Below the pieces are notes generated by a model. It ran no database searches. It was not told where the DNA came from and was given only the letters and a program-made list of their open reading frames with translations. Positions 1-9,216 of a stretch of DNA of 64,000 nucleotides are shown one piece after another (within the stretch, counting starts at the first letter, position 1; the number at the start of each line of letters is the position of its first letter). Source of the DNA: a virus; the IMG/VR virus record IMGVR_UViG_3300030098_002339, positions 24,285 through 88,284 of that record; one strand, written 5' to 3'. The position numbers were made by a program, and so were the translations under genes.

Positions 1-38
1 AAAAAGAACAAAATTAAAATAGAAAAGATTAATAAGAA

Positions 39-1466
39 ATGAGATGGTTAATACTATTTACATTATTAACCTTCAATGTTGCAGCTGAAGAAATTACAAC
101 TGGCAACTTATTACCCAATGCAGGAGATTCTGCATCATCTGTACAAAGTGTAGATACTAACGTACCTAATGTAGCATCTAGCTGCAATGATTTTACTATT
201 AATAATAGTCATTGTTTTAGTACTGAAATAGAAGTTACTGGTACAGGTACAGTTAAAAAGTCTGGATCTTTGGTGGGTATTACAACAAATTCTGATACAA
301 CTACTCAAGAAAAATTAGATAATGGTATTACTCTAAATAGTACTACTATTATTCAAAACTGTGAGTGGGCTAATTCCTCTTATGCTTGTGGCAATAGAGG
401 ATCTGGCAGAGATACATTTAAAACTACAGTTAAAATTTTAGATGTTGATGGCAACACTCTTGCTTCTGTAGATCAAATAAGAAATACAGACGCAGGATAC
501 TATGCCAATGCACATAAATATACTGATCAAGTTATTTATAACAATGCAGGTTCCAATCAGTTTGACTGGACTTGGACTGGGATAGATGAACAATCTAATC
601 CTGGAAATCTTGGTGGACCTAATTTATTAGGAGCTTCTCTTACTATGACTTATGAGAATGTAGTACTAGAAGTAGCAACTTTAACTGCTCTTGAAGAAGT
701 TAACGAAGCTGTATCCAATACTGAAATAGAACAATCTGTATCTGAAGTAGTTATAGAAGAAACTAAAACATTAGCTACACAAGTATCTAATATTCAAAAA
801 GCTCCTATAACTAAAACTGCGAAAGTAGTACAAGTACAACAAGCGGTTAAAAAATTTGAAGCTAAGACAGGAGCTAAAGTTGTTAAAGCTAGTACAACTA
901 GCACAACAACTAATACAGCACCAGCTGCTGCTCCTACTAAAGTAGCACAAGCTCCTAAAAAGGAGAAGAAAGCGACAACAATTGCTAAACAAATTATATC
1001 ATCAACTGCTAAAAAGGAGACAATTAATGAAAAAAAAGAAAAACAAGAAGAAAAAAAATCAGAAGTTAAAGAAGAAAAACAAGAAGAAAAACAAGAAAAA
1101 AAGAAGATAGTATCTAAAACAACTTCATCTTCTAAGTCTAAAGTATCTACAATAGATGCTGCAATGGCTAAAGTAGATGAGGTTGTTAAAGACATAGCTA
1201 AAAATTTAGAGGTTAAAAACCTTGTTAAATTAGAAGCTATGAAAGGAGATATTTCTCTTGCTCTTTACACTAATACTGAATTTTATAAAAGCAGAGATAT
1301 TTATTTAAACAATAATATGTTTGATAATAGAGAAATCTATAACAATATCAATTTAGTACAATATATAGAAAATGATCCCGTTGCTCAAAAAGAGAAGATC
1401 CTAAAAGATCTACGATTAAGAGAACGGGAATTGTTATTTAAACTGGAGGCATTAAAAAATGGGTAA
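39..1466 (+). CDS. Secreted/membrane-anchored protein with beta-rich N-domain and Lys/Glu/Thr-rich linker
   Basis: Signal-peptide-like N-terminus MRWLILFTLLTFNVAA; low-complexity central region. Confidence 0.75.
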   Translation: MRWLILFTLLTFNVAAEEITTGNLLPNAGDSASSVQSVDTNVPNVASSCNDFTINNSHCFSTEIEVTGTGTVKKSGSLVGITTNSDTTTQEKLDNGITLNSTTIIQNCEWANSSYACGNRGSGRDTFKTTVKILDVDGNTLASVDQIRNTDAGYYANAHKYTDQVIYNNAGSNQFDWTWTGIDEQSNPGNLGGPNLLGASLTMTYENVVLEVATLTALEEVNEAVSNTEIEQSVSEVVIEETKTLATQVSNIQKAPITKTAKVVQVQQAVKKFEAKTGAKVVKASTTSTTTNTAPAAAPTKVAQAPKKEKKATTIAKQIISSTAKKETINEKKEKQEEKKSEVKEEKQEEKQEKKKIVSKTTSSSKSKVSTIDAAMAKVDEVVKDIAKNLEVKNLVKLEAMKGDISLALYTNTEFYKSRDIYLNNNMFDNREIYNNINLVQYIENDPVAQKEKILKDLRLRERELLFKLEALKNG

Positions 1467-1731
1467 ACTTAAAGATCAACTGGCAGGAATAGCAGCTCTA
1501 GTAGCAGCTATCGTTGCTATAGGCGGTGGATTTATTAAATATGGTGAGATTACTACTAAGTTAGATAACTTATCTAATCAATCACCAGAACAAGCTGAAG
1601 AAGTAGCTGAAAACTCAGGCAACATTATTGATAATCAACAATCAATTAAAGTTTTACAAACTGAAATGGAACTGTTAAAAGTTCGAATGAAAGAATTACA
1701 ACAAGAATCTAAAAATCCACTTGGTGGATAA
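1459..1731 (+). CDS. TM + coiled-coil protein (spanin-like topology)
   Basis: N-terminal hydrophobic helix then coiled coil; GGAGG SD. Confidence 0.65.
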   Translation: MGKLKDQLAGIAALVAAIVAIGGGFIKYGEITTKLDNLSNQSPEQAEEVAENSGNIIDNQQSIKVLQTEMELLKVRMKELQQESKNPLGG

Positions 1732-1850
1732 TGAAAAAGATTAAAGAATCTATTATAGAAATATTTGTTCTTATTTTATACTTCTCATTTTGTTTTCTAA
1801 TATTGATTTTTATTGGAATCTTATGGTTAGTAGATAAACTAATTAAATAA
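1731..1850 (+). CDS. Small membrane protein, 39 aa (not in ORF track)
   Basis: TAATG coupling; MKKIKESIIEIFVLILYFSFCFLILIFIGILWLVDKLIK. Confidence 0.55.
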   Translation: MKKIKESIIEIFVLILYFSFCFLILIFIGILWLVDKLIK

Positions 1851-2526
1851 TTATTTTAGACTTCTCTTTAGGTTCGTCTTTAGGAGCACCAAATACATTA
1901 AAACTAAATGATCTACGTTCTCCTTTTGTTCTAAAAGGATAAACCATGTGGTACATCCACCATGGAAATATATAATAATCACCAACTTTAGGTCTAATTC
2001 TAACTGTATTTGTAGAAAATAAATGAACTTGTCCAAATTGCATTTCTATTCCACCAGCAGTAGGATAATGATCTTCATCTTCTTTCTTCCACTCTTCCTC
2101 TATACCTTCGGGTAAAGATAGATAACCCACACAAGACATGTGGCAATTAGTATGATAATGCAATGGATTAAAATCACCTGCAAAAGATCTAACATACCAA
2201 CCTGATTTAAATATTACCTTTTGAAGTTCTGCAGCATTATCAGGATGTGCTTCAATATAAGCAGTCATAAGTTTTTGAAAGTATGGAGCCCATTTTTCAA
2301 ATACTTCAGGTGTAATAATTAATTCTTGTTTGACATTACCAACTAAATCATCAGAGAAATCATGAATTTTACTTTTCTCTTTATCAGCAATAATGTTATC
2401 ACAATCTTTATTAAAATCATCTATAAGTTCTTGTGGTAATTTACAATGACCTATTGATGGACCAAATGGTCTATATATTTTAAGTTGTTTATTGTCCTTA
2501 TTTAATTTACTAAAGTGCGTCCCCAT
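1843..2526 (-). CDS. Putative 2OG-Fe(II) oxygenase
   Basis: FNPLHYH, distal H in YHMVYPF, ERRSFSFN; homologue at 45237. Confidence 0.8.
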   Translation of the reverse strand: MGTHFSKLNKDNKQLKIYRPFGPSIGHCKLPQELIDDFNKDCDNIIADKEKSKIHDFSDDLVGNVKQELIITPEVFEKWAPYFQKLMTAYIEAHPDNAAELQKVIFKSGWYVRSFAGDFNPLHYHTNCHMSCVGYLSLPEGIEEEWKKEDEDHYPTAGGIEMQFGQVHLFSTNTVRIRPKVGDYYIFPWWMYHMVYPFRTKGERRSFSFNVFGAPKDEPKEKSKIII

Positions 2527-2758
2527 AATCCCTTTCCATTATCATTTCTAAATAGTGTATAGCTTTTTGTATATCTTTTTGTTTTCCCTTAACCGAATGC
2601 CTACAAATATACTTAATAGCATTCCCTTCTGCAAAGGGTAATTTATTTTCATTAATAAATTCAGCAGGTTCTATCTTAAAAGATTTATAATGATTTCCAT
2701 CTACTTGCTTATTAAGTGAATGATAGGTAACCCCTTTAAACATATCTTTATCTGTCAT
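2510..2758 (-). CDS. DUF3310-family protein
   Basis: QVDGNHY...EGNAIKYICR...KG..DIQKAIHYLE. Confidence 0.8.
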   Translation of the reverse strand: MTDKDMFKGVTYHSLNKQVDGNHYKSFKIEPAEFINENKLPFAEGNAIKYICRHSVKGKQKDIQKAIHYLEMIMERDYGDAL

Positions 2759-2760
2759 AT

Positions 2761-3114
2761 TTAAAATACCAATTTATATCTTTGTGCTTCTCTATTAGGT
2801 CTAGGTACATATTTCTTTTTATTAAGAATAGCCTGTTGTTCATAAGTTAATGAATACTTATCTTCTTTTAACAAAATTTCAACTTTATTTCTAGCTCTAT
2901 ATTCTTCATATCCAGCATAATGAAATACTAAACGAAAGTCTTTAGAATCACTTTTTAACCAATCTATAGCACTCATTTTAGCATATATTCTTTCTTTTCT
3001 ATTACCTAAATATTCAGCATCTAAAAGGGCTTGAACAATTACAGCAAACCACAATTTATTTTCCGCTGATGTCTCTTCCTTTGGTAACAATGGTACTGTC
3101 TGTAGAGTTTTCAT
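2761..3114 (-). CDS. Conserved phage hypothetical protein
   Basis: LW.AVI.QA..DA motif; homologue at 46160. Confidence 0.75.
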   Translation of the reverse strand: MKTLQTVPLLPKEETSAENKLWFAVIVQALLDAEYLGNRKERIYAKMSAIDWLKSDSKDFRLVFHYAGYEEYRARNKVEILLKEDKYSLTYEQQAILNKKKYVPRPNREAQRYKLVF

Positions 3115-3289
3115 CAGATTTAGTTACTTCATAAGTAGTTCTTCTATGTAACATTTGATCTCTATTCCAAACAAAATTATTTAAGTCTAAAGATCTAAAC
3201 GTTTTAAGTGCTTCTTCATCATTAACTGCAGATAAATTAATTTCAGTATATTGAGGATCAAAAACCCAAATTTTAAATTTATAAATCAT
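3056..3289 (-). CDS. Conserved phage hypothetical protein
   Basis: Homologue at 46461. Confidence 0.75.
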   Translation of the reverse strand: MIYKFKIWVFDPQYTEINLSAVNDEEALKTFRSLDLNNFVWNRDQMLHRRTTYEVTKSDENSTDSTIVTKGRDISGK

Positions 3290-3612
3290 ATATTATGTTT
3301 ACGTCTACTTGCTTCTAAAGTTCTAAAAAGATCTATTACCATACCTTCTTTATCTCTTTTATTCTCAAGAGTATTTGCTTTAACTTCCGCATCATATATC
3401 TCTTGAACAGCTTTCTGATAATCATCTGATGCATAATATGCCTGTTCTTTGGCAGATATGCTCTTAAGATTACTTTCACCTGTGATAAAGAGAGCTTTCC
3501 TTCTCTTAAGAAGTCTATCCAGGTATTTAACGTTTGCACTTGCTTCCGCACTCTGTTCGTCTGTTTGAGCAAGGTAGGCTAATGCCTTTTCCAATCTGTC
3601 TTCTGTTATCAT
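3286..3612 (-). CDS. Helical protein, UvsY-like recombination-mediator candidate
   Basis: Coiled coil with SAKEQAYYASDDY; homologue at 46688; function inferred. Confidence 0.6.
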   Translation of the reverse strand: MITEDRLEKALAYLAQTDEQSAEASANVKYLDRLLKRRKALFITGESNLKSISAKEQAYYASDDYQKAVQEIYDAEVKANTLENKRDKEGMVIDLFRTLEASRRKHNI

Positions 3613-3728
3613 ATTTTATTTCTCCTGTTCTTTTGAAATGAATATACGCTTTACGAACTTCTTTAGTTTTCTGCCAAGTCTCAAAATGGCATATTTCCAA
3701 GAAGAGTTTGAAAAGTTTGTAATCCATG

Positions 3729-3929
3729 TCATGGAACTAACTTTCCATCTCCTGTCTTACAATAACTTGCCCATACCTGATGACCATTATAATACACTCC
3801 GTCATCAGAACTTTTAGGACTTAACATTTCTACAAATTTATCGTTGCAAGTTTGAGTAGATAATAAAGTTACTGGTACTTTTGCTACTTCTCCGTTTGTT
3901 AAATGAAGTATCATTAATATTGTTTTCAT
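3729..3929 (-). CDS. Small exported hypothetical protein (2 Cys)
   Basis: SD-like AGGA; positional analogue at 47011. Confidence 0.6.
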   Translation of the reverse strand: MKTILMILHLTNGEVAKVPVTLLSTQTCNDKFVEMLSPKSSDDGVYYNGHQVWASYCKTGDGKLVP

Positions 3930-4052
3930 AATATATTCCTATATAATTGCTGATTTCCTACCACAGACTTGGCAGGGAATTTCACCCCGCCTAGTCATCC
4001 AATTGTCCTCATTTTTTTTATAGAAAGGGAGGAAACCATGAATTGGATTCTA

Positions 4053-4511
4053 TTAAAACGGAGCCTCGTCTCCGTCATATTGAGCATCTAATATCATTCT
4101 TACATATTTATCAATCTGATCAAAGTTTACTTCTTTGCCTGATTGTAAAGATGCTGATAATAAATTACTCATAGTTAATCTATATTTCTCTTTCCATTGT
4201 GATTGCTTATCTACAGGTTTTGATGCTGCAGGTGCTACACTTGGAATAGGTACAGAAGTCGCAACCTGTCCATCTAGCATTTCTACTGATTGAGCAGTTT
4301 GATACCACTTACCATTTTTAGATTGTCTTGGAGGTGCAGCAGTAATCTTAAGTCTAGATCCTTTAGACCAGCCTTCAGCTCCTACAGCTTCTCCATAAAT
4401 AGTCATATCAGTTCCATCATCTTTGGTAACGTAAATACTATATTTACCATTACCTTCTTTAGATGCGAATGCTTTTTTATGACTACATTCAAATGTTTCT
4501 ACATTTTGCAT
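4053..4511 (-). CDS. ssDNA-binding protein-like (OB fold, acidic tail)
   Basis: Acidic-aromatic C-terminus DGDEAPF; next to exonuclease; start re-called at MQNVETF after AGGAG. Confidence 0.65.
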   Translation of the reverse strand: MQNVETFECSHKKAFASKEGNGKYSIYVTKDDGTDMTIYGEAVGAEGWSKGSRLKITAAPPRQSKNGKWYQTAQSVEMLDGQVATSVPIPSVAPAASKPVDKQSQWKEKYRLTMSNLLSASLQSGKEVNFDQIDKYVRMILDAQYDGDEAPF

Positions 4512-4575
4512 TTTATTTATTCTCCTATTTATATTTTTAACAATTGATCCAAATCGTTGCATGTTGATTTATACC

Positions 4576-5367
4576 TCATTTCCATGCTTCCATCCAGACC
4601 TTTCTTGCGAATTGCTCAGCACCTGGAGTATATCTCCATCTCCAGTTGTCGAATGTCAAAGGGAACATTCGCACAACGTCTTCTTTGGATCTAGCAATAG
4701 TCAATATATGTTCTATTACTTTGAATGCTTCTATCATTTGTTCAAGATATCCCACTCGATCACCTAGATCTGTAGTGTAGTTATCCCAAGGACTAGCATA
4801 TAACAATAATGCATCCTTTTTAAACAACTCACGATAGAGAAATTGTTGTCTTAAATGTTCAGGTTTAGGGTGATAATTATGATTAATTTTACCCTTCCTA
4901 CCAGCTTTTCTATCAGCAGCTGTAGGAGCATATCTCCATACTTTAGCAGTAGCTTTAGTATCTACAATATAATCTTTAAATTCAAAGTCTAATTTAGCAA
5001 TTATAGGTATTTCAAGACCTGGATACTTACCTTTCCATTCTTTTTGATAGCTTACAATATTACCATATTGTTTCAGTTCTTTTACGAATGCATTAGCTAT
5101 CTGACCAGACCACTCATACTCATCTTCATGAGATTCACCTTGATGGTCTTTTATGTATTTTTCTTTTGAGACATTTATGATATCATCTTCGTTAGTGATT
5201 TGACTCACTAATGCATGATGAGCTGCCTCTTCAGCAGCATGACCCATTTTCATTCTTGCATTCTCTTCAGTTTCGAATCCAAATAATTTATCTATGATCC
5301 ACATTTGCGGACAATCAATAAATGTATTACCTGCGGAAGCTGAATGATGTTCTATTACTTTCAACAT
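4576..5367 (-). CDS. PD-(D/E)XK exonuclease (Cas4/RecB-like)
   Basis: HSAS..N.FIDCP, G.A.E, KLDF...IVDTKAT, Q..LY motifs. Confidence 0.85.
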   Translation of the reverse strand: MLKVIEHHSASAGNTFIDCPQMWIIDKLFGFETEENARMKMGHAAEEAAHHALVSQITNEDDIINVSKEKYIKDHQGESHEDEYEWSGQIANAFVKELKQYGNIVSYQKEWKGKYPGLEIPIIAKLDFEFKDYIVDTKATAKVWRYAPTAADRKAGRKGKINHNYHPKPEHLRQQFLYRELFKKDALLLYASPWDNYTTDLGDRVGYLEQMIEAFKVIEHILTIARSKEDVVRMFPLTFDNWRWRYTPGAEQFARKVWMEAWK

Positions 5368-5382
5368 AATTTACTCCTTTCT

Positions 5383-5682
5383 ATGATTATTAATATTCAA
5401 AAGTACTTAAGTTGTACTTATAACATATCCCTTGATACCCTCAAGGGAAAAAAGATTATAAGATCTAGAGATGAATACAAAATATACAATCTCTCTATCT
5501 TATTATCTTGGCTATTAAACCCTACCAAAAGGTATGGGGTTAAGAGCCTTATTGCACGATTTCATGGTTGTAAACATAAAAATCGAGTCTATAGACTATC
5601 TAAACTATATAAGTCTAATTCACGTTTTAAAAATTTTGTAGACACTAACTTAACAAAATATGAAAAAACTAGAAAAACCTGA
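5383..5682 (+). CDS. HTH protein resembling DnaA C-terminal DNA-binding domain
   Basis: YNISLDTLKGKK...IARFHG..H..V pattern; homologue at 48686; start re-called. Confidence 0.55.
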   Translation: MIINIQKYLSCTYNISLDTLKGKKIIRSRDEYKIYNLSILLSWLLNPTKRYGVKSLIARFHGCKHKNRVYRLSKLYKSNSRFKNFVDTNLTKYEKTRKT

Positions 5683-6145
5683 GCTTGTACAAACAATAAT
5701 AGATAAGAAAAAAGTATGGTTAAACATACGTGAATCTCGTCTATTATATATGTTTCATCGTAGGTTAGTATCCTGGGAAGAATACGAAGCAGGATCTAGG
5801 TATCGTTTCATGTGTGAATTACAAGCAGGAAATTCTGGAAATACTTTAAAAGAAAGATTAGATGGCTGTACAACTGATTTCATTCCACTTCAAATAGGTG
5901 CAGCATTAGCCGTTAAAGAAGTAGATGAAGAAATAGGCGAACACCTTGCCAAAATTATGAAGTTATTTTGTTGGTTTAATTATGGTATAATTGAAATAGC
6001 AGATCGTCTAGAAATATCAGAACGTAAAGCATCTAATTATGTACATGAAGGACTAGCAAGATTATCAGTTTATTATGGGTATAAAAAAGTCAGAAATACA
6101 ATCAAAGGACAAGGAACTAAGGTTAAAAGACAAAAAGTATCTTAA
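5660..6145 (+). CDS. Sigma-70 region 4-like HTH regulator (late activator candidate)
   Basis: YGIIEIADRLEISERKA...EGLARL. Confidence 0.7.
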   Translation: MKKLEKPELVQTIIDKKKVWLNIRESRLLYMFHRRLVSWEEYEAGSRYRFMCELQAGNSGNTLKERLDGCTTDFIPLQIGAALAVKEVDEEIGEHLAKIMKLFCWFNYGIIEIADRLEISERKASNYVHEGLARLSVYYGYKKVRNTIKGQGTKVKRQKVS

Positions 6146-6500
6146 GTGGGTAGCAAGCCAGGCTTGCATACTTTGTCAAGATGTTCCCTGCCAAGCTCAC
6201 CATATAACCTATGCTCAGCATAGAGGCTTTAGCCAAAAAGTAGGTGATCAATGGACTATACCTTTATGTTTTTTACATCATGATCAGCTACATAGATGTG
6301 GCTTATCTGAACGCAATTTCTGGTTAAAAATAGAGATAGACCCACTACATATAGCAGAAACTTTCTATAAACATAACAAAGATATGTGGAAAAACCCTGA
6401 TTTCTTCTATGATGACTCAATGCTTTGGATTATGGTTTATAACAAACTTGTACCTAAGATTAAGAAACACATTGACTTTATCATGCAACCCAAATTATAG
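6075..6500 (+). CDS. DUF968/Ref-like HNH-type Zn nuclease
   Basis: YLKWVASQACILC...AHH...KVGD..TIPLC..HH..LH. Confidence 0.8.
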   Translation: MGIKKSEIQSKDKELRLKDKKYLKWVASQACILCQDVPCQAHHITYAQHRGFSQKVGDQWTIPLCFLHHDQLHRCGLSERNFWLKIEIDPLHIAETFYKHNKDMWKNPDFFYDDSMLWIMVYNKLVPKIKKHIDFIMQPKL

Positions 6501-6534
6501 AATATAGTATCCTCGCCAGAGGTATGAAAAAATT

Positions 6535-6816
6535 ATGGCTAAAATATTTAAATTTCCGTTTAAAAAAGCTAGATATTCTGAGAGCTTTCTTAAGAAAGTA
6601 GATCCTAATAAAATAGGAGACTTTATTTCTAAAGAGCATCCAGATCTTTCTATTAGAGCTGCTGATGCTATGGCATTAGCTGTAATTTATTCTACTTATC
6701 TATCATTGGTATTTGAGGAAGAGGGAAAAAAAGTTCCTGTAGATGTTATGAATAAGTTTGAAGATAACGATTATGCAACATTCATCTGGAACAATGACCC
6801 AAAGACGCTACACTAA
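6535..6816 (+). CDS. Conserved phage hypothetical protein
   Basis: RAADAMALA motif shared with 49839. Confidence 0.75.
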   Translation: MAKIFKFPFKKARYSESFLKKVDPNKIGDFISKEHPDLSIRAADAMALAVIYSTYLSLVFEEEGKKVPVDVMNKFEDNDYATFIWNNDPKTLH

Positions 6817-7075
6817 AAAAAAAAAGAAACCAGTTACTGAGTTTCCTTATAAACCTATTAAAGATAAATTAACCTGGCATGATGCACAATCTGATACTGG
6901 GTGGAAGTCTAAAGATAGCATGGACAGATTAAGACCTGCAATCTCTAAGACTAAAGGATGGATCTATGAGGAAACTGATGAGTATATCAAAACATTTGGA
7001 ACATACTCTATAGATCCTGAAACCAAAGAAATTGAATTTGGGGAAGTACTTTGTATTCCTAAGAATTGGATTTAA
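6794..7075 (+). CDS. Conserved phage hypothetical protein (W.DA...GW family)
   Basis: WHDAQSDTGW...TKGWI...CIP; homologue at 50101. Confidence 0.75.
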   Translation: MTQRRYTKKKKKPVTEFPYKPIKDKLTWHDAQSDTGWKSKDSMDRLRPAISKTKGWIYEETDEYIKTFGTYSIDPETKEIEFGEVLCIPKNWI

Positions 7076-7078
7076 ACG

Positions 7079-7146
7079 CTTGACCCCAGATCCAATTGGG
7101 CGAGATCTCTTTAATGCTGAAGACCCAATTAGATCAGGGCTCAAGT
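7079..7146. terminator. Long imperfect hairpin between convergent genes
   Basis: CTTGACCCCAGATCCAATTGGG ... CCCAATTAGATCAGGGCTCAAG. Confidence 0.55.
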
Positions 7147-7455
7147 TTAAATCTGATTAGAATCTTCTGTTCTATTATTATATTGTTCTTCAGGTTTATG
7201 AACAGGGTCAGCTTCTAACGGATTAGTATAAGTTTCTTCAATTGCTTGACCACCCAATTCTATTATTCTTTTCTTTGTAGCATTAATTTCAGCTTTAACA
7301 TGATCTTTCGCATGTTCTAATACTTGAGTTAACTTTGGAAAATTCGTAGGATATATTCCATAAATAGTTAAATCATTAATTGCTGTCGCTACTCTTTGAA
7401 GTCCTCTTTGACGCTTTTCTAGTCTGAGTACTTCGCTGTCTGGAGTTATTTCCAT
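7147..7455 (-). CDS. Conserved early hypothetical protein
   Basis: Near-identical core at 50675. Confidence 0.8.
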   Translation of the reverse strand: MEITPDSEVLRLEKRQRGLQRVATAINDLTIYGIYPTNFPKLTQVLEHAKDHVKAEINATKKRIIELGGQAIEETYTNPLEADPVHKPEEQYNNRTEDSNQI

Positions 7456-7520
7456 CTTCCATCTCCTTTATTTTACGTTTTAGTTTATCTATTTCTAACT
7501 GCTTAGTAGCAACCATTGCT

Positions 7521-7787
7521 CTAAGTGCGTTTTCGTTTCCATTGCTCATTTATTTGTCCTTCCATTATGTGATCTAAATATTCATATCGATCTTTATATT
7601 CTTTTAACCATTCCTGAATTATCAATGAATGCTTATCATATAAAAATCCACATGCTATAGCATTACTTAACACAGAAATAGATTCTTTACAATCAGCTAA
7701 TTCCTCTTTGGTTTTAGCCATTTCTTCAGCTGGATTAATTGTTATCATAATATTATTGCTCCTGTTGCAAATCCAATTGTGAACCAT
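7521..7787 (-). CDS. Early hypothetical protein
   Basis: NAIACGFL shared with 51064; true start probably internal. Confidence 0.7.
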   Translation of the reverse strand: MVHNWICNRSNNIMITINPAEEMAKTKEELADCKESISVLSNAIACGFLYDKHSLIIQEWLKEYKDRYEYLDHIMEGQINEQWKRKRT

Positions 7788-7851
7788 ACAATCTCGGTTC
7801 TATAATGTAATGACCAAATATCAAAATCTCTTTTTAGTTTTTCCCATTTAT

Positions 7852-8127
7852 TCATATTTCACCATTCTTTCTTAGTTTATCAACTGTTTTATTAATGATT
7901 TCTTTCATCTTATCATTTTCTCTTAATAACTGATTATTAAGTACTCTAAGATCACCATTTGTTTGTGCATGAGAATCATTAATGTTCATTAGATCTGATA
8001 TTCTACGATCTTTATCCATCAGTTCTATATTATGATTATCTTGTAAAAGACTTATTTGCTTTTTAAGATATTCTATTTCTTTATGAAGATCCTCAAATTC
8101 TTTTAAATCTTTCAATCCTTCATTCAT
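7852..8127 (-). CDS. Coiled-coil early protein
   Basis: KDRRI.DL.NIN..H...NGDLR shared with 51276. Confidence 0.75.
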   Translation of the reverse strand: MNEGLKDLKEFEDLHKEIEYLKKQISLLQDNHNIELMDKDRRISDLMNINDSHAQTNGDLRVLNNQLLRENDKMKEIINKTVDKLRKNGEI

Positions 8128-8534
8128 GCAGCCTCCTCTTCAACTTTTTGATAGACACATACTTTACCTGCAATAAAATCGCCTGGTAAACATTGTCTTC
8201 CAGTTTTTTCTAACCATTTACTCCATGCTTCAGTTATTTTTATATTAACTGTAGGCATATCTTTAAGTTTAGATTCTTCATCCATAAAAAAATCTACATA
8301 ACCATCTTTTCTATTAGATAGTTCTGGCATATATCCAGTAGACATTTGTATTATATCAGTTCCTATTTTCTTATACATCAATTTAAAATTAGGTTTCTCA
8401 TGATGCCAAGTAGTGAACTGCTTTCCGTCTTCATGAAATGTTACTAATTTCCATTGAGGACTCTTACGCTCTTTATTCATTTGACTCATTGATTTATTTT
8501 TCATTTTTCTCCTTTTTATAAACATCAAATTCAT
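8124..8534 (-). CDS. DUF3846-like protein
   Basis: MDEESKLK...N...GDFIAG. Confidence 0.65.
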   Translation of the reverse strand: MNLMFIKRRKMKNKSMSQMNKERKSPQWKLVTFHEDGKQFTTWHHEKPNFKLMYKKIGTDIIQMSTGYMPELSNRKDGYVDFFMDEESKLKDMPTVNIKITEAWSKWLEKTGRQCLPGDFIAGKVCVYQKVEEEAA

Positions 8535-8694
8535 TATTAATTTTATTAAGAATATAATTCATTGCAATAGTGCCACCTAATACAACTAAAGCTTTTTCTT
8601 TATTGTTATATCTATCTGTAAATTCTTTATATTCATCTTCAGACTTTGGAGTCCAAAAGAAATTATTTAAAGTAAATTTAATATTATTTTTCAT
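8494..8694 (-). CDS. Hypothetical early protein
   Basis: AGGAG SD, operon coupling. Confidence 0.6.
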   Translation of the reverse strand: MKNNIKFTLNNFFWTPKSEDEYKEFTDRYNNKEKALVVLGGTIAMNYILNKINNEFDVYKKEKNEK

Positions 8695-8875
8695 TTTTCT
8701 CCTTTTCTAGTGTTAATCTCTCTCCAGTATATGCTTCAGCTTCCATTAACATTTTTAAAGCTGTCATATAATCTTGAAGAGTAGCTCCTTCTTTTAAAAT
8801 TTGAACTCTAATTCTACCGAGTCCACATTTTATAAATTCCTTACCTGCGTAAGGATCTTTTAGTTCTTCACTCAT
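8684..8875 (-). CDS. Hypothetical early protein
   Basis: Operon coupling. Confidence 0.6.
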   Translation of the reverse strand: MSEELKDPYAGKEFIKCGLGRIRVQILKEGATLQDYMTALKMLMEAEAYTGERLTLEKEKNEK

Positions 8876-9107
8876 TTTGCATATTCCTTATATTTGGTTG
8901 TTCTCCACATTTTACGAATATTTTCCATTGTTCTCTATCATCAAAACCTGAAAGATTAAATATATCCATTGCATTTTCATAGTTTTCACAGTTAGTAAAT
9001 AGAAATATATTATGTTTGATATTATGAAATATATATACACTATTTTCATTATCTTTACTCATTAGTTTATTCTCCTTTTTATATATTTTGCTACTAACTC
9101 GACCCAT
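8868..9107 (-). CDS. Hypothetical early protein
   Basis: Operon context; likely start at MSKDNEN after AGGAG. Confidence 0.55.
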   Translation of the reverse strand: MGRVSSKIYKKENKLMSKDNENSVYIFHNIKHNIFLFTNCENYENAMDIFNLSGFDDREQWKIFVKCGEQPNIRNMQNE

Positions 9108-9216
9108 CTAAACCATTCGTTTATATAGTGTCTTCTTTTACCTTGACGTTCTTTCTCTACAACTCTTAAGGCTTTGTCAGTAGCTTTATTTAACACTCTT
9201 AATTGTTCATCGTTTT

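Larger units (their letters stand above)
1..1850. mobile_element. Phage unit A (right/lysis end only)
   Basis: Plus-strand membrane/secreted genes converge on the 2OG-oxygenase gene, the same position as 43.9-45.2 kb in unit B, but with different genes; boundary arbitrary. Confidence 0.6.

Noticed and set aside
3969-3995. FMN riboswitch (GGCGGGGTGAAATTCCC on minus strand)
   Set aside because: Only one T-loop-like hairpin matches; the other FMN conserved segments are absent.
4576-5367. Cas4 as part of a CRISPR-Cas system
   Set aside because: Stand-alone phage PD-(D/E)XK nuclease; no cas genes and no Fe-S cysteine set.
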